64,000 bases of DNA from Deltaproteobacteria bacterium TL4 (GTDB lineage: Bacteria > SAR324 > NAC60-12), in NCBI GenBank assembly GCA_051382335.1, contig JBBCAX010000150.1, positions 1-64,000 on the forward strand, in the 5' to 3' direction. The notes under the pieces are model-generated. The model searched no databases and was not told the DNA's origin. It saw only the letters and a program-made list of their open reading frames with translations. Positions 38,615 to 48,398 of the stretch are shown here, one piece after another. The position numbers and the translations under genes were made by a program. Each line of letters begins with the position of its first letter. The stretch's first letter is position 1.

Positions 38615-41600
38615 ATGCTTAATCCTTTTGGCAAAATGTTAAAAGGGAAGAAAACACCAGTCCAGACTTCAAAAACCAATATAGCGCCAACGAAGGGAAA
38701 AGTCCCTACCCATAAAGGATTAACATCTCCTGTTTCAGAACTTGTCCCGCCAGAAAAGCTTGGTGCGCAATATCAACGACAGTGGCGAGGTCTTGTTGAA
38801 TTATACCGTTCGTTTCCGTGTCATCCTTGGAACGCGGAGCTTGAACAAAGTTTGCGCCATTTGTTGAAATCACTTCAATCTCATTATTTCAGCGATGCGT
38901 TGCTTCGAACCTATGCTCAGGATGAACTCAAAAATTACCAGACTTATGCCTCTGAGGCCTTTGAAATTATGGGACAAACGAATCGCGCCCGAATGGAAAG
39001 TTTGCTTAACCTAGCAGACGAAGACATGCGTAAAGCGATTTTTGAATCAATTTTTTTGTTTGACCTGAATCCCGACCCTGCACTTCCACTCATCCTGGAA
39101 GAACCCTACGGCTTTGATGAAACGGGACATCCGCTTAAGCGTAAGTATGGATATCCCGTATTTCAAAAAAACGCACTCACCGGTGTGAAAGGACATTCAC
39201 GGTTTTTGCCGGAGAGCATAAACAACGACACCTCGGGCATGATGCCCTTTTTAAAGGGGGAATACGCTTCCAGAATCGCCGAATTTGGAAAAAACGAAAA
39301 GCCCGCAATCACAGCGATCACCACGATCGGAAGTCTGGGCGGCATTGGACATAAGCCCAATTCGGATATTGACGCGCAAGTGGTGTTCAACACGGAACCG
39401 GAATATGATTTTCGCTGGAATGATGCTGATTTTTTTATTGCCTTGATTGCTCAGATTTTTCAACAAACTTGTGCCGCTTTTTGGTCTGAGGTCCTTTCTG
39501 AGCAGCATCGCAAATCCATTACAGAAAAAACGCTTGAGGATCTGCGGTTAAAATTTAAAAAATCCTTGTCCTCAGAGGAATTGAAAATCATAGACTCTAT
39601 TTTCCCAAGTTTGTACAGTCACTATCGGTTCAAAATAACGTTGGGATACTTGGGAAAACTTCCGCCCCAACAACAAATTCCGTTGATCTATAAACAAATA
39701 ACAACCACCTTGAGGAAATATCCCTATTTTGAGAAACAAAGTGCTCAGATCTTTCGTTTTTTTCCTTTCCTTAAAAAAATGGCTCCTGAAAAATTTCATA
39801 CCACTTGTTTCCCCTTTTCCGCAAAATCCCTTAATACCACCATGCTTAGCCTTGCAATGGCAGCTTTTTATCAGAAAGAACACTTGACTGAGAATGATGC
39901 GAAGCGAATTATTCTGTACACAGCCAAAAAGTATGGAGTGGAACCGAAACAAATCCCTCTGAATAAACGGCCCGCTTTGTTCCTGGCGCACTTAACGTCA
40001 TCGCCAAAACGGAACCAGGTACTCACCTCTTTTTTACATCATTTTTTGGAAAAAATTTCATTTGAAATGATTCCTAAACTGAACGAAATGCGGCCACTCT
40101 TTCAACAAATATTTGATCCCGAGGGGTTGATTTACAACGAGCGGATTTTCAAAGAATTACCCGAGAAGGCCAAGCAGCGGTTCAGGTCAACGATGGTTCA
40201 GTTGGTGGAAGGCTACATGAATCAGGAAGCTGCCAAAAATGAAGCGCAAAGCGCTTTCCCCTTGTATCAAAAGGCTCAGATCGCAGAAGCCTATCTGACT
40301 CAAAAATATCCTCATACAGAAATCCATTATTTCATTAACATTTTACGGACACTCCGTTTGGGCCAACATACCCCTTTTTTGGTGTCTCCTGAAGGGAGTC
40401 AGGCCTATTCTTCCATGTTGAATGATTTTTTATTGAATCCTGCGGTCTTTCTCTGTGGCTGCAATCCCATGCCTTTCGATCTTCCCCACGATTTTAAAAC
40501 CTTGGGGACGATTGGAGTGATTCCAGCAGAGACCTTCAAACTGACTCAAACCGGGCCTGGCGGAGGCAAAGAAAAATTCACCCTGCAACAATTGTCCAAC
40601 TGGGGTGAGATTGATATTCCACGTGAAAAAGTACTGCAGCATGCCATTCCTATCTTTTTACGAGAAAGTGAAAAAGTCAGCCATCGGAATCTGCCGAAAG
40701 CCCTGTTGAATTGCTGGTGGATTGAAATGATCTGCTGTTTGGAAGACGAATCGACCCCACCTACCAGTTTGACAAGATTGCTGTTTAATCCCAGTGAACG
40801 ATATTTTGTGAAGCAAAATTTGGAACACCCCTGGGTTAAGGTTCTTAAAGAGATGGAATCCCAGTTTTCTGAATTGGTCAGAGACCCTTGGTGGTTGAAG
40901 TTTACAGAAATGTTGACCCGTTTTCAGGATCCCCTCTTACAGAAACAAATTATTTTTTGTTTCGCACAGCATATTCGCATTTCTGAAGTGATTAATTATA
41001 CCGATGTAGAAAAAACGATTTGGTTAGACAAGAATGATAAAACGATCTCTTGGCGGACCTGGGCGTTAGCACGTTTTTATGAATTGTTCATTCCTGACAA
41101 AAAAGATCGTATGGACTTGATGAAATTCACTCAAGGCCGGGATGATATAGGCAATCAGATGGAAGATGAGCTCAAACAAGCGTTTGTGCAATCCATGCAA
41201 AATGTTCAAAAGAAAATCCTCAGTCTGAATCATACTCGTTCCTTGAAAGCGGTGAGTCGGTATATCTTGAGTATGAAGCAGGGTCAAACCAACAAAGAAA
41301 GGATGCAGAAACATTTGGTGAATCTTTTGAAAATTGTCAATAATACCCTGGTGATTGCTGACGAAAAAGTGATGCTCAAAGCAAAGGCGGAAGAAGCTTT
41401 AAATTCCGTGGAACAAATGCAACTGGAGGTATTGACGCTTGATCGGAAAAAAGTTCGTCAAGTGAGTGAGGAAATTGTCTATTTCCATGAACAGTTTGAC
41501 ATGCATCTCGATGTCAATCGAATTGAACACGATATTCTCCATTCCCGCATCAAAATAGCAGGAGATCCTTTAGAAAACTTCTTGTTTGGATATCATTTTG

Positions 41601-42532
41601 AAAGAAATTTTAAACGTAAACCTTATCAGGTGCCACTTCCTATTGCCAAAAGCTTGAGCATCCCACGCGATCAAATCATGATTTCCTTTGCACCGGATAA
41701 TTCACAAAAGTGGGTTTTTAAATCCATTCTCAATAAAAAAGAAGCTCGTAAAGTTGGAGGCGAAGGCGGATTTGGTATGTTTGTGGAGCACCTGGTGCAG
41801 GGGATTACCCGTTGTGTATTCAGTGGGTACGTCGGATTTGATTCCCGAAATCTGACCTCTTTTCAAAAACCTGCGGTGAATTCCAATAGTCCCGTTGCCA
41901 ATAATCCGATCACAACCCAGGATATTCAAACCTTAGCCTTTGATATTCATGAATTTTTTGAACCCTTTGTTACCCCTTCCCGGGAATTGATCGAAAATAT
42001 TAATTATATTCGGGATATTTTTATGGTATGCAATGTCAATCGATACAATCGGATTTCTCTCATTATTCGGGATAATTATGAGGAGGAATTCGTAATTGAT
42101 TTTGACATTGACAAAATTCCAGTTAAAGTGCCACCTCATCTTGAGGCAGGTGGCGATAAAATTTTTCCAGAGTTTTATCAACGCCTCAATAGTAAAGAGG
42201 CTCGTGTTTCATTTACGCACGCATTAGGACAGTTGAATATTCCCTTATTGCCTGAATATCAACCTAGGTTCCGTATATGGGTCAACACCGGTAAGTTCTC
42301 CTTGCCTGTCAATCCTAAACATTATCGCGTCTATGCTAACGGAATCGCTCATGCCTTATGGCCTTCGGAAACGGTGGGCACGACATCGTTTATCAAACCG
42401 GTAAAATCAGAGCATTCCTTTGCTTACTTGGGCCAGCAAGCAGTTGATGGCCTTCATAGTAAAGAAAAGACAAAAAAGCATTCCGATGAGAACTATCGTA
42501 AGCGTGCAAAAACATACTTGATTGAGCCATAG
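38615..42532 (+). CDS. class I adenylate cyclase-like nucleotidyltransferase with a large insertion
   Basis: IGSLGGIGHKPNSDID (GS..SDxD), then YQKAQ..EIHYF, GSQAYSSMLNDF, NWGEI, EKV..NLPKAL, DPWW and CFA, colinear with class I CyaA motifs; GGAGG RBS. Confidence 0.72.
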   Translation: MLNPFGKMLKGKKTPVQTSKTNIAPTKGKVPTHKGLTSPVSELVPPEKLGAQYQRQWRGLVELYRSFPCHPWNAELEQSLRHLLKSLQSHYFSDALLRTYAQDELKNYQTYASEAFEIMGQTNRARMESLLNLADEDMRKAIFESIFLFDLNPDPALPLILEEPYGFDETGHPLKRKYGYPVFQKNALTGVKGHSRFLPESINNDTSGMMPFLKGEYASRIAEFGKNEKPAITAITTIGSLGGIGHKPNSDIDAQVVFNTEPEYDFRWNDADFFIALIAQIFQQTCAAFWSEVLSEQHRKSITEKTLEDLRLKFKKSLSSEELKIIDSIFPSLYSHYRFKITLGYLGKLPPQQQIPLIYKQITTTLRKYPYFEKQSAQIFRFFPFLKKMAPEKFHTTCFPFSAKSLNTTMLSLAMAAFYQKEHLTENDAKRIILYTAKKYGVEPKQIPLNKRPALFLAHLTSSPKRNQVLTSFLHHFLEKISFEMIPKLNEMRPLFQQIFDPEGLIYNERIFKELPEKAKQRFRSTMVQLVEGYMNQEAAKNEAQSAFPLYQKAQIAEAYLTQKYPHTEIHYFINILRTLRLGQHTPFLVSPEGSQAYSSMLNDFLLNPAVFLCGCNPMPFDLPHDFKTLGTIGVIPAETFKLTQTGPGGGKEKFTLQQLSNWGEIDIPREKVLQHAIPIFLRESEKVSHRNLPKALLNCWWIEMICCLEDESTPPTSLTRLLFNPSERYFVKQNLEHPWVKVLKEMESQFSELVRDPWWLKFTEMLTRFQDPLLQKQIIFCFAQHIRISEVINYTDVEKTIWLDKNDKTISWRTWALARFYELFIPDKKDRMDLMKFTQGRDDIGNQMEDELKQAFVQSMQNVQKKILSLNHTRSLKAVSRYILSMKQGQTNKERMQKHLVNLLKIVNNTLVIADEKVMLKAKAEEALNSVEQMQLEVLTLDRKKVRQVSEEIVYFHEQFDMHLDVNRIEHDILHSRIKIAGDPLENFLFGYHFERNFKRKPYQVPLPIAKSLSIPRDQIMISFAPDNSQKWVFKSILNKKEARKVGGEGGFGMFVEHLVQGITRCVFSGYVGFDSRNLTSFQKPAVNSNSPVANNPITTQDIQTLAFDIHEFFEPFVTPSRELIENINYIRDIFMVCNVNRYNRISLIIRDNYEEEFVIDFDIDKIPVKVPPHLEAGGDKIFPEFYQRLNSKEARVSFTHALGQLNIPLLPEYQPRFRIWVNTGKFSLPVNPKHYRVYANGIAHALWPSETVGTTSFIKPVKSEHSFAYLGQQAVDGLHSKEKTKKHSDENYRKRAKTYLIEP

Positions 42533-42595
42533 TGTCAGTAACATTAAAAAACGGTATAGTACCATGCATTTAGTTTGATCTGTCATTGAATTTGC

Positions 42596-42680
42596 CGGCG
42601 GTTTGTTATGCTCACAGGGACAGGCATCCATTTGCCTGAGCGAACCCTGTGTTCCTGACTTCACAGGAACGACACCTCCG
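42596..42680. repeat. multi-hairpin intergenic element (degenerate GTCATTCCCGCG-type repeat or structured RNA)
   Basis: stems CACAGGG/CCCTGTG, CAGGCA/TGCCTG and GTTCCTG/CAGGAAC; outer CGGCGGT/ACCTCCG. Confidence 0.45.
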
Positions 42681-42743
42681 TAATCTTGATAGCAGAACAT
42701 TCCTGAATTCACACTAGTATAATTTATTAAAGAGAGGTTAATT

Positions 42744-43307
42744 GTGTACGAAACATCTGATATTCGAAAGGGATTAAAAATCGAGTTAGATGGAACCCCT
42801 TATGTGATTATAGAGTTCCAATTTGTAAAACCCGGTAAAGGTACAGCATTTACTCGTACCAAAGTTAAAAATATGATGACAGGCGCGGTATTGGATCGAA
42901 CCTTTAAAACTGGTGAAAAGCTCCAACCTGCAGACACTGAGGATCGGGTAATGCAGTATCTCTATAATGACGGAGAGGTGCATTTTATGGACACACAGAC
43001 CTATGAGCAAATCGTAATGACGCCTGAAAAGGTTGGAGATGCGCTTAATTTTCTGCTGGAAAACATGGAAGTCAATGTCGCTTTTTTTAATGGGCTCCCC
43101 ATTGGGCTCACCCTTCCTAATTTTGTAGTCCTGGAAATAGTTGAAACTCAACCTGGCGCCAAGGGAAATACCGTTACAGGCGCAACCAAACCGGCGACAC
43201 TGTCTACGGGGTACGAGGTTCAAGTTCCCTTGTTCTTTGGTGTGGGTGAGTCTGTCAAAGTCGATACCCGAACGGGGGAATATATCGAGCGGGTTAAAGT
43301 AAAATAA
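42744..43307 (+). CDS. efp: elongation factor P
   Basis: FVKPGKGTAF, TFKTGEK, KPATLSTG and KVDTRTGEYIER; GTG start with GAGAGG RBS. Confidence 0.97.
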   Translation: MYETSDIRKGLKIELDGTPYVIIEFQFVKPGKGTAFTRTKVKNMMTGAVLDRTFKTGEKLQPADTEDRVMQYLYNDGEVHFMDTQTYEQIVMTPEKVGDALNFLLENMEVNVAFFNGLPIGLTLPNFVVLEIVETQPGAKGNTVTGATKPATLSTGYEVQVPLFFGVGESVKVDTRTGEYIERVKVK

Positions 43308-44599
43308 TGCAAAGCAGGCGATCTCCTTATCGCACTCACGATAGCTCACCCGGTCGACTCACACAACCGCCTGTCCCAGGGCGTTATGCGGGAAGAGTGC
43401 TAGAAATTGAAAAAGGAACACCTTCTCGCTGGGTGATCCTGATGGAAGATACCTCCCAGGTTTTTTCTGTGCCTGATCCGGAAGACATCCCTTGTGGGAC
43501 GTTAATTGGATTTCATGTGGATGCGCAGGGATGCTTACGCGACGTGGAAGTTTTCAACATCCCTGACCTTTCGTTCAAAGGAACCGGTGATACGCTCCGA
43601 TGGTGCCGAAAGCACAATCAAAAAACCCGGATGACGCTGATCAGGCAGAGGCATCTCATTTTGCAGGAACTTCGTGCCTGGTTTAATCAACAGGGTTTTT
43701 TGGAAGTCAATACGCCTCTCCTGGTCAGGGCTCCTGCTCCCGAAGCCCAATTGTTTCCTTTTCAAACAGAATCCGGATTTTTGGTAACTTCCCCTGAATT
43801 TCAAATGAAGCGAATGCTGGTTGGCGGTTTTGAAAAAATCTACCAAATCGCGTCCTGCTTCCGGGATCACGAAGTGGGAACCTATCATAACCCTGAATTT
43901 ACTATGTTGGAGTGGTATCGGGCCTATGATCATTTGTCCTCAATCGTGGCTGATGTTGAAAGCTTTGTGTATTCCATAGTGACGCGACTGTCACTTTCTT
44001 GTGTCCGGCAATTGGAAGACCAGGCGGTAGCACTGGTTTTGGAACCTCCCTGGCCTCGTAAGACGGTGGCCGAAGTCCTGTGGCAATACTTGAAGATTGA
44101 GCTCAAGGCTCAGACCTCATTAGAAAGCCTCAAAAATCAGGCGGTTGCCCAAGGTTACCAGAAATGTCTGGACGGTGCGAAAACTTATGAAGAAGTGTTT
44201 TTCAGGTTGTGGGATGAAATACAATCCAAACTCGGTATCCCAAACCCCCTTTGGGTTTATGATTGGCCTGAAATGCTTCCAAGCCTGGCTCAACCTCGTC
44301 GCGATGGCCGGGGCGTTGTGGAACGAACCGAACTTTATATTGCTGGCATAGAGCTGGCCAATGGTTATGGAGAGTTGACCGATCCAGAAAAACAGCGGGA
44401 ACGGTTTGAACAGGCGATCCAACATCGTACCATTCAAAATAGACCCAAGGTTCCGTTAGATGAAAACTTTTTAAGTAGTCTTCAAGAAGGACTTCCTCCC
44501 TGTTCCGGAATGGCAATGGGAGTAGATCGACTTTTGATGCTTTTAACGGGTGCCCGTCATATTCGTGAAGTGCTGTGTTTTTCATGGGACGAAGTGTAA
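43307..44599 (+). CDS. epmA: EF-P lysine aminoacylase EpmA (GenX/PoxA) with N-terminal extension
   Basis: FLEVNTP, TSPEFQMKRML, FRDHE..HNPEFTMLEWYR, ELANGYGEL and GMAMGVDRL; TAATG overlap with efp. Confidence 0.93.
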   Translation: MQSRRSPYRTHDSSPGRLTQPPVPGRYAGRVLEIEKGTPSRWVILMEDTSQVFSVPDPEDIPCGTLIGFHVDAQGCLRDVEVFNIPDLSFKGTGDTLRWCRKHNQKTRMTLIRQRHLILQELRAWFNQQGFLEVNTPLLVRAPAPEAQLFPFQTESGFLVTSPEFQMKRMLVGGFEKIYQIASCFRDHEVGTYHNPEFTMLEWYRAYDHLSSIVADVESFVYSIVTRLSLSCVRQLEDQAVALVLEPPWPRKTVAEVLWQYLKIELKAQTSLESLKNQAVAQGYQKCLDGAKTYEEVFFRLWDEIQSKLGIPNPLWVYDWPEMLPSLAQPRRDGRGVVERTELYIAGIELANGYGELTDPEKQRERFEQAIQHRTIQNRPKVPLDENFLSSLQEGLPPCSGMAMGVDRLLMLLTGARHIREVLCFSWDEV

Positions 44600-44888
44600 T
44601 AAACAAAAATATTCGCTCCTCTTGAGCGGTTAAGTTGTTTCCACCTTGATAAATACGGTTGATTTTGGTAACGACTAGTCAGTGGCATTAGCCGCACGTT
44701 GAAAAGTTCCATCCTTAGACTCAACAGCAGTGGTGCAAAACCAGTCCACAGAGAAAAGGGCTGACGCTCGTTTTGAGTTTATTAAGAGTAAAGACGGGGT
44801 AAAGGGATCAATTCTCCTGGAAAACAATTTTGAACCAAGGGGATCCTTCCATTTTCCTGATCCCCAATTGTTTCATTACAAGTGACTC

Positions 44889-45818
44889 ATGAAAAGAAAT
44901 TTTGTTTCCATTTTGGATTGGAGTAGCGAAGAAATCAGGCAAAGTCTGGAACTCTCCAAGGAATTAAAAGCCTCCGCAAAGCAAGGAAACTTTCCCAAAT
45001 ATTTGGAAAATAAGAGTTATGCTTTGATTTTCCATAAATTTTCCCTACGAACACGGGTCTCTTTTGAGGTGGGCATCACCCAATTAGGGGGTAATTCCAT
45101 TTGTTTGACAGAAAGAGATTTTGTCATTGGTGAGCGTGAGTCGGTTAGTGATGTTGCCAAAGTCTTGTCGCGTTATGTTGACGGTATTTTAATACGTACT
45201 TATTCCCACGATGATGCCGTTCAACTTGCGAAAAATTCCGATGTGCCTGTTATTAATATGCTAACAGACTGGACTCATCCTTGCCAAGTCATGGCGGATG
45301 TTTTGACCATTGAAGAGCATCGGGGAAGGATGGACCGTCTTAAAGTTGTCTATTTGGGAGATGGGAATAATGTTGCCAATTCATGGATCAATATGGCGGC
45401 ACGTCTTCCAGTTAATCTGTGTATTGCAACTTCGCCGGAAACTCTACCGGATATGGGTTTGGTTGAACAATCACGAAATACGGGTATTTCCTCCATTGAA
45501 ATCAGCCATGAGCCTTTTGAAGCGGTAAAAGACGCAGACGTTTTATATACAGACGTCTGGGCAAGTATGGGACAAAAGGACAAGGCGAAGGAAAAAAGGA
45601 AAAATTTGCAACAGTTTCAAATTAATTCAAAACTGTTAGCTCATGCGAAGCCGGACGCTTTGGTTTTTCACTGCTTGCCTGCTGAGCGTGGACGAGAAAT
45701 CACAGATGAAGTTTTAGATGGCTCTCATTCAGTAGTTTTTGACCAGGCAGAAAATCGGATGCATGTTCAAAAAGCGATTTTAGTACAACTGGAACGGTGG
45801 ATGTCATTACCATCTTGA
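44889..45818 (+). CDS. argF: ornithine carbamoyltransferase
   Basis: SLRTR, HPCQ, GDGNN, DVWASMG, HCLP and QAENR. Confidence 0.93.
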   Translation: MKRNFVSILDWSSEEIRQSLELSKELKASAKQGNFPKYLENKSYALIFHKFSLRTRVSFEVGITQLGGNSICLTERDFVIGERESVSDVAKVLSRYVDGILIRTYSHDDAVQLAKNSDVPVINMLTDWTHPCQVMADVLTIEEHRGRMDRLKVVYLGDGNNVANSWINMAARLPVNLCIATSPETLPDMGLVEQSRNTGISSIEISHEPFEAVKDADVLYTDVWASMGQKDKAKEKRKNLQQFQINSKLLAHAKPDALVFHCLPAERGREITDEVLDGSHSVVFDQAENRMHVQKAILVQLERWMSLPS

Positions 45819-45904
45819 GACCATCTCAAACGATGTTTCCCTCGGGGAACAGGAGTTAACTAACAATCATTCATTCCCTCAAGCGGGAATAAAGAGAGGA
45901 TACT

Positions 45905-47194
45905 ATGTCAGAAAAAGCAACGCTAACACTACCAGGCGGAAAAACTGTAGAATTACCCGTCCTTCAAGGCACGGAAAATGAGCGCGCTATTGATATTTCC
46001 AAGTTACGTGCTCAAACCGGATATATTACATTAGATTCCGGTTTCGGAAATACAGGCTCTTGTACTAGCTCGATTACCTTTTTAGACGGCGAAAAAGGAA
46101 TTCTGCGATACCGGGGAATTCCTATTGAACAGCTTGCCGAACGCTCTACTTTTGTTGAAGTGGCCTACCTCTTGATCTATGGCAACTTACCTCAAAAAGC
46201 GCAACTTGCTGAGTTTTCACAACGCTTGACCAAGCATTCGATGATCCATGAAGATATGAAGCATTTCTTTGAAAGCTTCTCGACGAGGGCCCATCCTATG
46301 GCGACCTTATCCGCAATGGTGTCTGCGCTGTCCGCGTATTACACAGACGCTTCTGGAGCCGCGAATTTAGCAGCGCTTGATCGTAATGTGGGAAGACTGC
46401 TTGCGAAAATTCGCACTATCGCCGCCTTCTCTTACAAAAAATCAGTAGGACAACCCTTTGTTTATCCCAAGGATCATCTTCCCTATTGCGCAAATTTCTT
46501 GCGCATGATGTTTGCTGTCCCTGCGGAAGAGTATGAAATTGATCCGGACGTTGTCAGAGCCCTGGATCTGCTGCTGATTTTACACGCGGACCACGAACAG
46601 AACTGCAGCACCTCTACCGTAAGAGGCGTTGGAAGCAGCCAAGCCAACGTATATGCTTCAATTGCGTCTGGAATTTTGGCACTATGGGGACCTTTACATG
46701 GCGGAGCCAATCAGCAAGTTATTGAAATGTTGGAATTGATTCAGGCTGATGGCGGAGATGTCAATAAGTTTGTGAAGCTGGCAAAGGATAAGGATAGCAG
46801 TTTCCGTTTAATGGGCTTTGGACACCGTGTCTATAAAAACTTTGATCCACGGGCAAAAATCATCAAACAGGCCTGTGATAAAGTGTTGAGCAACCTGGGA
46901 ATTCAGGATCCTTTATTGGATATCGCAAAACATCTCGAAGAAACCGCTTTATCCGATAACTATTTTATTGATAGAAAACTTTTTCCGAATGTCGATTTTT
47001 ACAGCGGAATTATCTATAGAGCGATAGGCATTCCTATGAACATGTTTACGGTCATGTTTGCCTTGGGACGATTGCCTGGATGGATTGCTCAATGGAAAGA
47101 AATGATGGAGGACCCTGAAACCCGAATTATGAGACCTCGACAAATTTATACTGGAGAAACTGAGCGGCCTTATATCCCTATGAATGAGCGATAG
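45905..47194 (+). CDS. gltA: citrate synthase (type II)
   Basis: LHADHEQNCST, LWGPLHGGAN, GFGHRVYK, FPNVDFYSG and RPRQIY. Confidence 0.97.
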   Translation: MSEKATLTLPGGKTVELPVLQGTENERAIDISKLRAQTGYITLDSGFGNTGSCTSSITFLDGEKGILRYRGIPIEQLAERSTFVEVAYLLIYGNLPQKAQLAEFSQRLTKHSMIHEDMKHFFESFSTRAHPMATLSAMVSALSAYYTDASGAANLAALDRNVGRLLAKIRTIAAFSYKKSVGQPFVYPKDHLPYCANFLRMMFAVPAEEYEIDPDVVRALDLLLILHADHEQNCSTSTVRGVGSSQANVYASIASGILALWGPLHGGANQQVIEMLELIQADGGDVNKFVKLAKDKDSSFRLMGFGHRVYKNFDPRAKIIKQACDKVLSNLGIQDPLLDIAKHLEETALSDNYFIDRKLFPNVDFYSGIIYRAIGIPMNMFTVMFALGRLPGWIAQWKEMMEDPETRIMRPRQIYTGETERPYIPMNER

Positions 47195-47342
47195 TCCGCT
47201 TTTTATGAGAGAACCTGAACTCTAAAACCAACATGTGAACAATTTTTGCATACCTCCTCTATGCTTGTGTCGTAGACTCAGTACGGATTAAAACTGGAAG
47301 TTAGTCATGCGTAATTCTAAATGAGATCAGGAAAGGAGCGTT

Positions 47343-48347
47343 ATGGGAGCCGTCTTATCACAGCAAGAAGTCGATGCGTTATTGAGAGGCGTTGCTGGCG
47401 ACGATATGGATGTAGAGGAGGAAGATGAGTATGATCCTAATGAAGTCGTTCCTTTCGACTTAACGGCTCAGGATCGTATCATCCGCGGAAGAATGCCCAC
47501 GTTGGAAATTATTCATGACCGCTTTGTTCGCCTTTTTCGGCTAACTCTTTCTAATGCGTTACGCAAAGTCGTTGATATCAGCGTGCGTTCTACGGAATTG
47601 ATCAAATTTGGTGAGTTTTTAAAAACACTTCCGGTGCCTTCTTCCTTAAACCTTTTTCGGATGAATCCCTTGCGGGGGAACGCCATTATGGTTTTGGAAA
47701 CCCGTTTGGTCTTCACCTTGATTGACTTGTTTTTTGGAGGAACAGGAGAGTTGGAAGTGAAGGCCGAAGGACGGGACTTTACGGAAATTGAACAACGAAT
47801 GATCAAAAGAGTGGTCATCAGTGCGCTTGAAGATTTACAGAGTTCATGGAGACCCGTCTTCCCTATTCAAATCAACTATACCCGATCCGAAGTTAACCCT
47901 CAGTTTGTCGCCATTGTTCCTCATAGTGAAATTGTGATTGTTGTTACGTTCGATGTTGAAATTGGACGGGCTCCCATGTCCATCACGCTTTGTATCCCTT
48001 ATTCCATGATTGAACCGATTCGAGTTAAATTAAATGCTGGGTTTCAAAGTGAGCAGGACGAGCAGGATAATACGTGGGTGAATCGTTTTAAGAAAAATTT
48101 GGATAAAGCTTATGCCGATGTTATCGTTCGGCTTGGAACAACAGAAATGTCTGTCAAAGAATTTCTTAATTTGCAAAGAGGCGACTTGCTTCCTATCAAG
48201 CAGGCCGTCAGTGAACCGATTGATGTACTGGTCAACGGCGTTCGCAAATACAGGGGATATCAAGGCGTGTATAAAGGACACAAGGCGCTTAGTGTCAAAG
48301 AACTTCTTTACATTCCGCCCATGGTGGATGAGATTTTTGCCTTATAA
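47343..48347 (+). CDS. fliM: flagellar motor switch protein FliM
   Basis: LSQQEVDALL, RGRMPTLEII, LFFGG.G, RDFTEIE, SEVNPQF and CIPYSMIEP. Confidence 0.96.
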   Translation: MGAVLSQQEVDALLRGVAGDDMDVEEEDEYDPNEVVPFDLTAQDRIIRGRMPTLEIIHDRFVRLFRLTLSNALRKVVDISVRSTELIKFGEFLKTLPVPSSLNLFRMNPLRGNAIMVLETRLVFTLIDLFFGGTGELEVKAEGRDFTEIEQRMIKRVVISALEDLQSSWRPVFPIQINYTRSEVNPQFVAIVPHSEIVIVVTFDVEIGRAPMSITLCIPYSMIEPIRVKLNAGFQSEQDEQDNTWVNRFKKNLDKAYADVIVRLGTTEMSVKEFLNLQRGDLLPIKQAVSEPIDVLVNGVRKYRGYQGVYKGHKALSVKELLYIPPMVDEIFAL

Positions 48348-48398
48348 TCCAGTTGAACCGCACGAACCGTCATGCTCGTTCGAAATCATCCTCGATTT

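Noticed and set aside
42630..42670. CTGAGCGAA as a hammerhead core
   Set aside because: Does not match CUGANGA, and no GAAA plus cleavage triplet in the right topology
42786..43349. 187-aa ORF antisense to efp
   Set aside because: Shadow frame of a conserved gene; no motif recognised
44600..44888. Possible attenuator or ARG box upstream of argF
   Set aside because: One hairpin (GGGGATC/GATCCCC) but no Arg-rich leader or clear box
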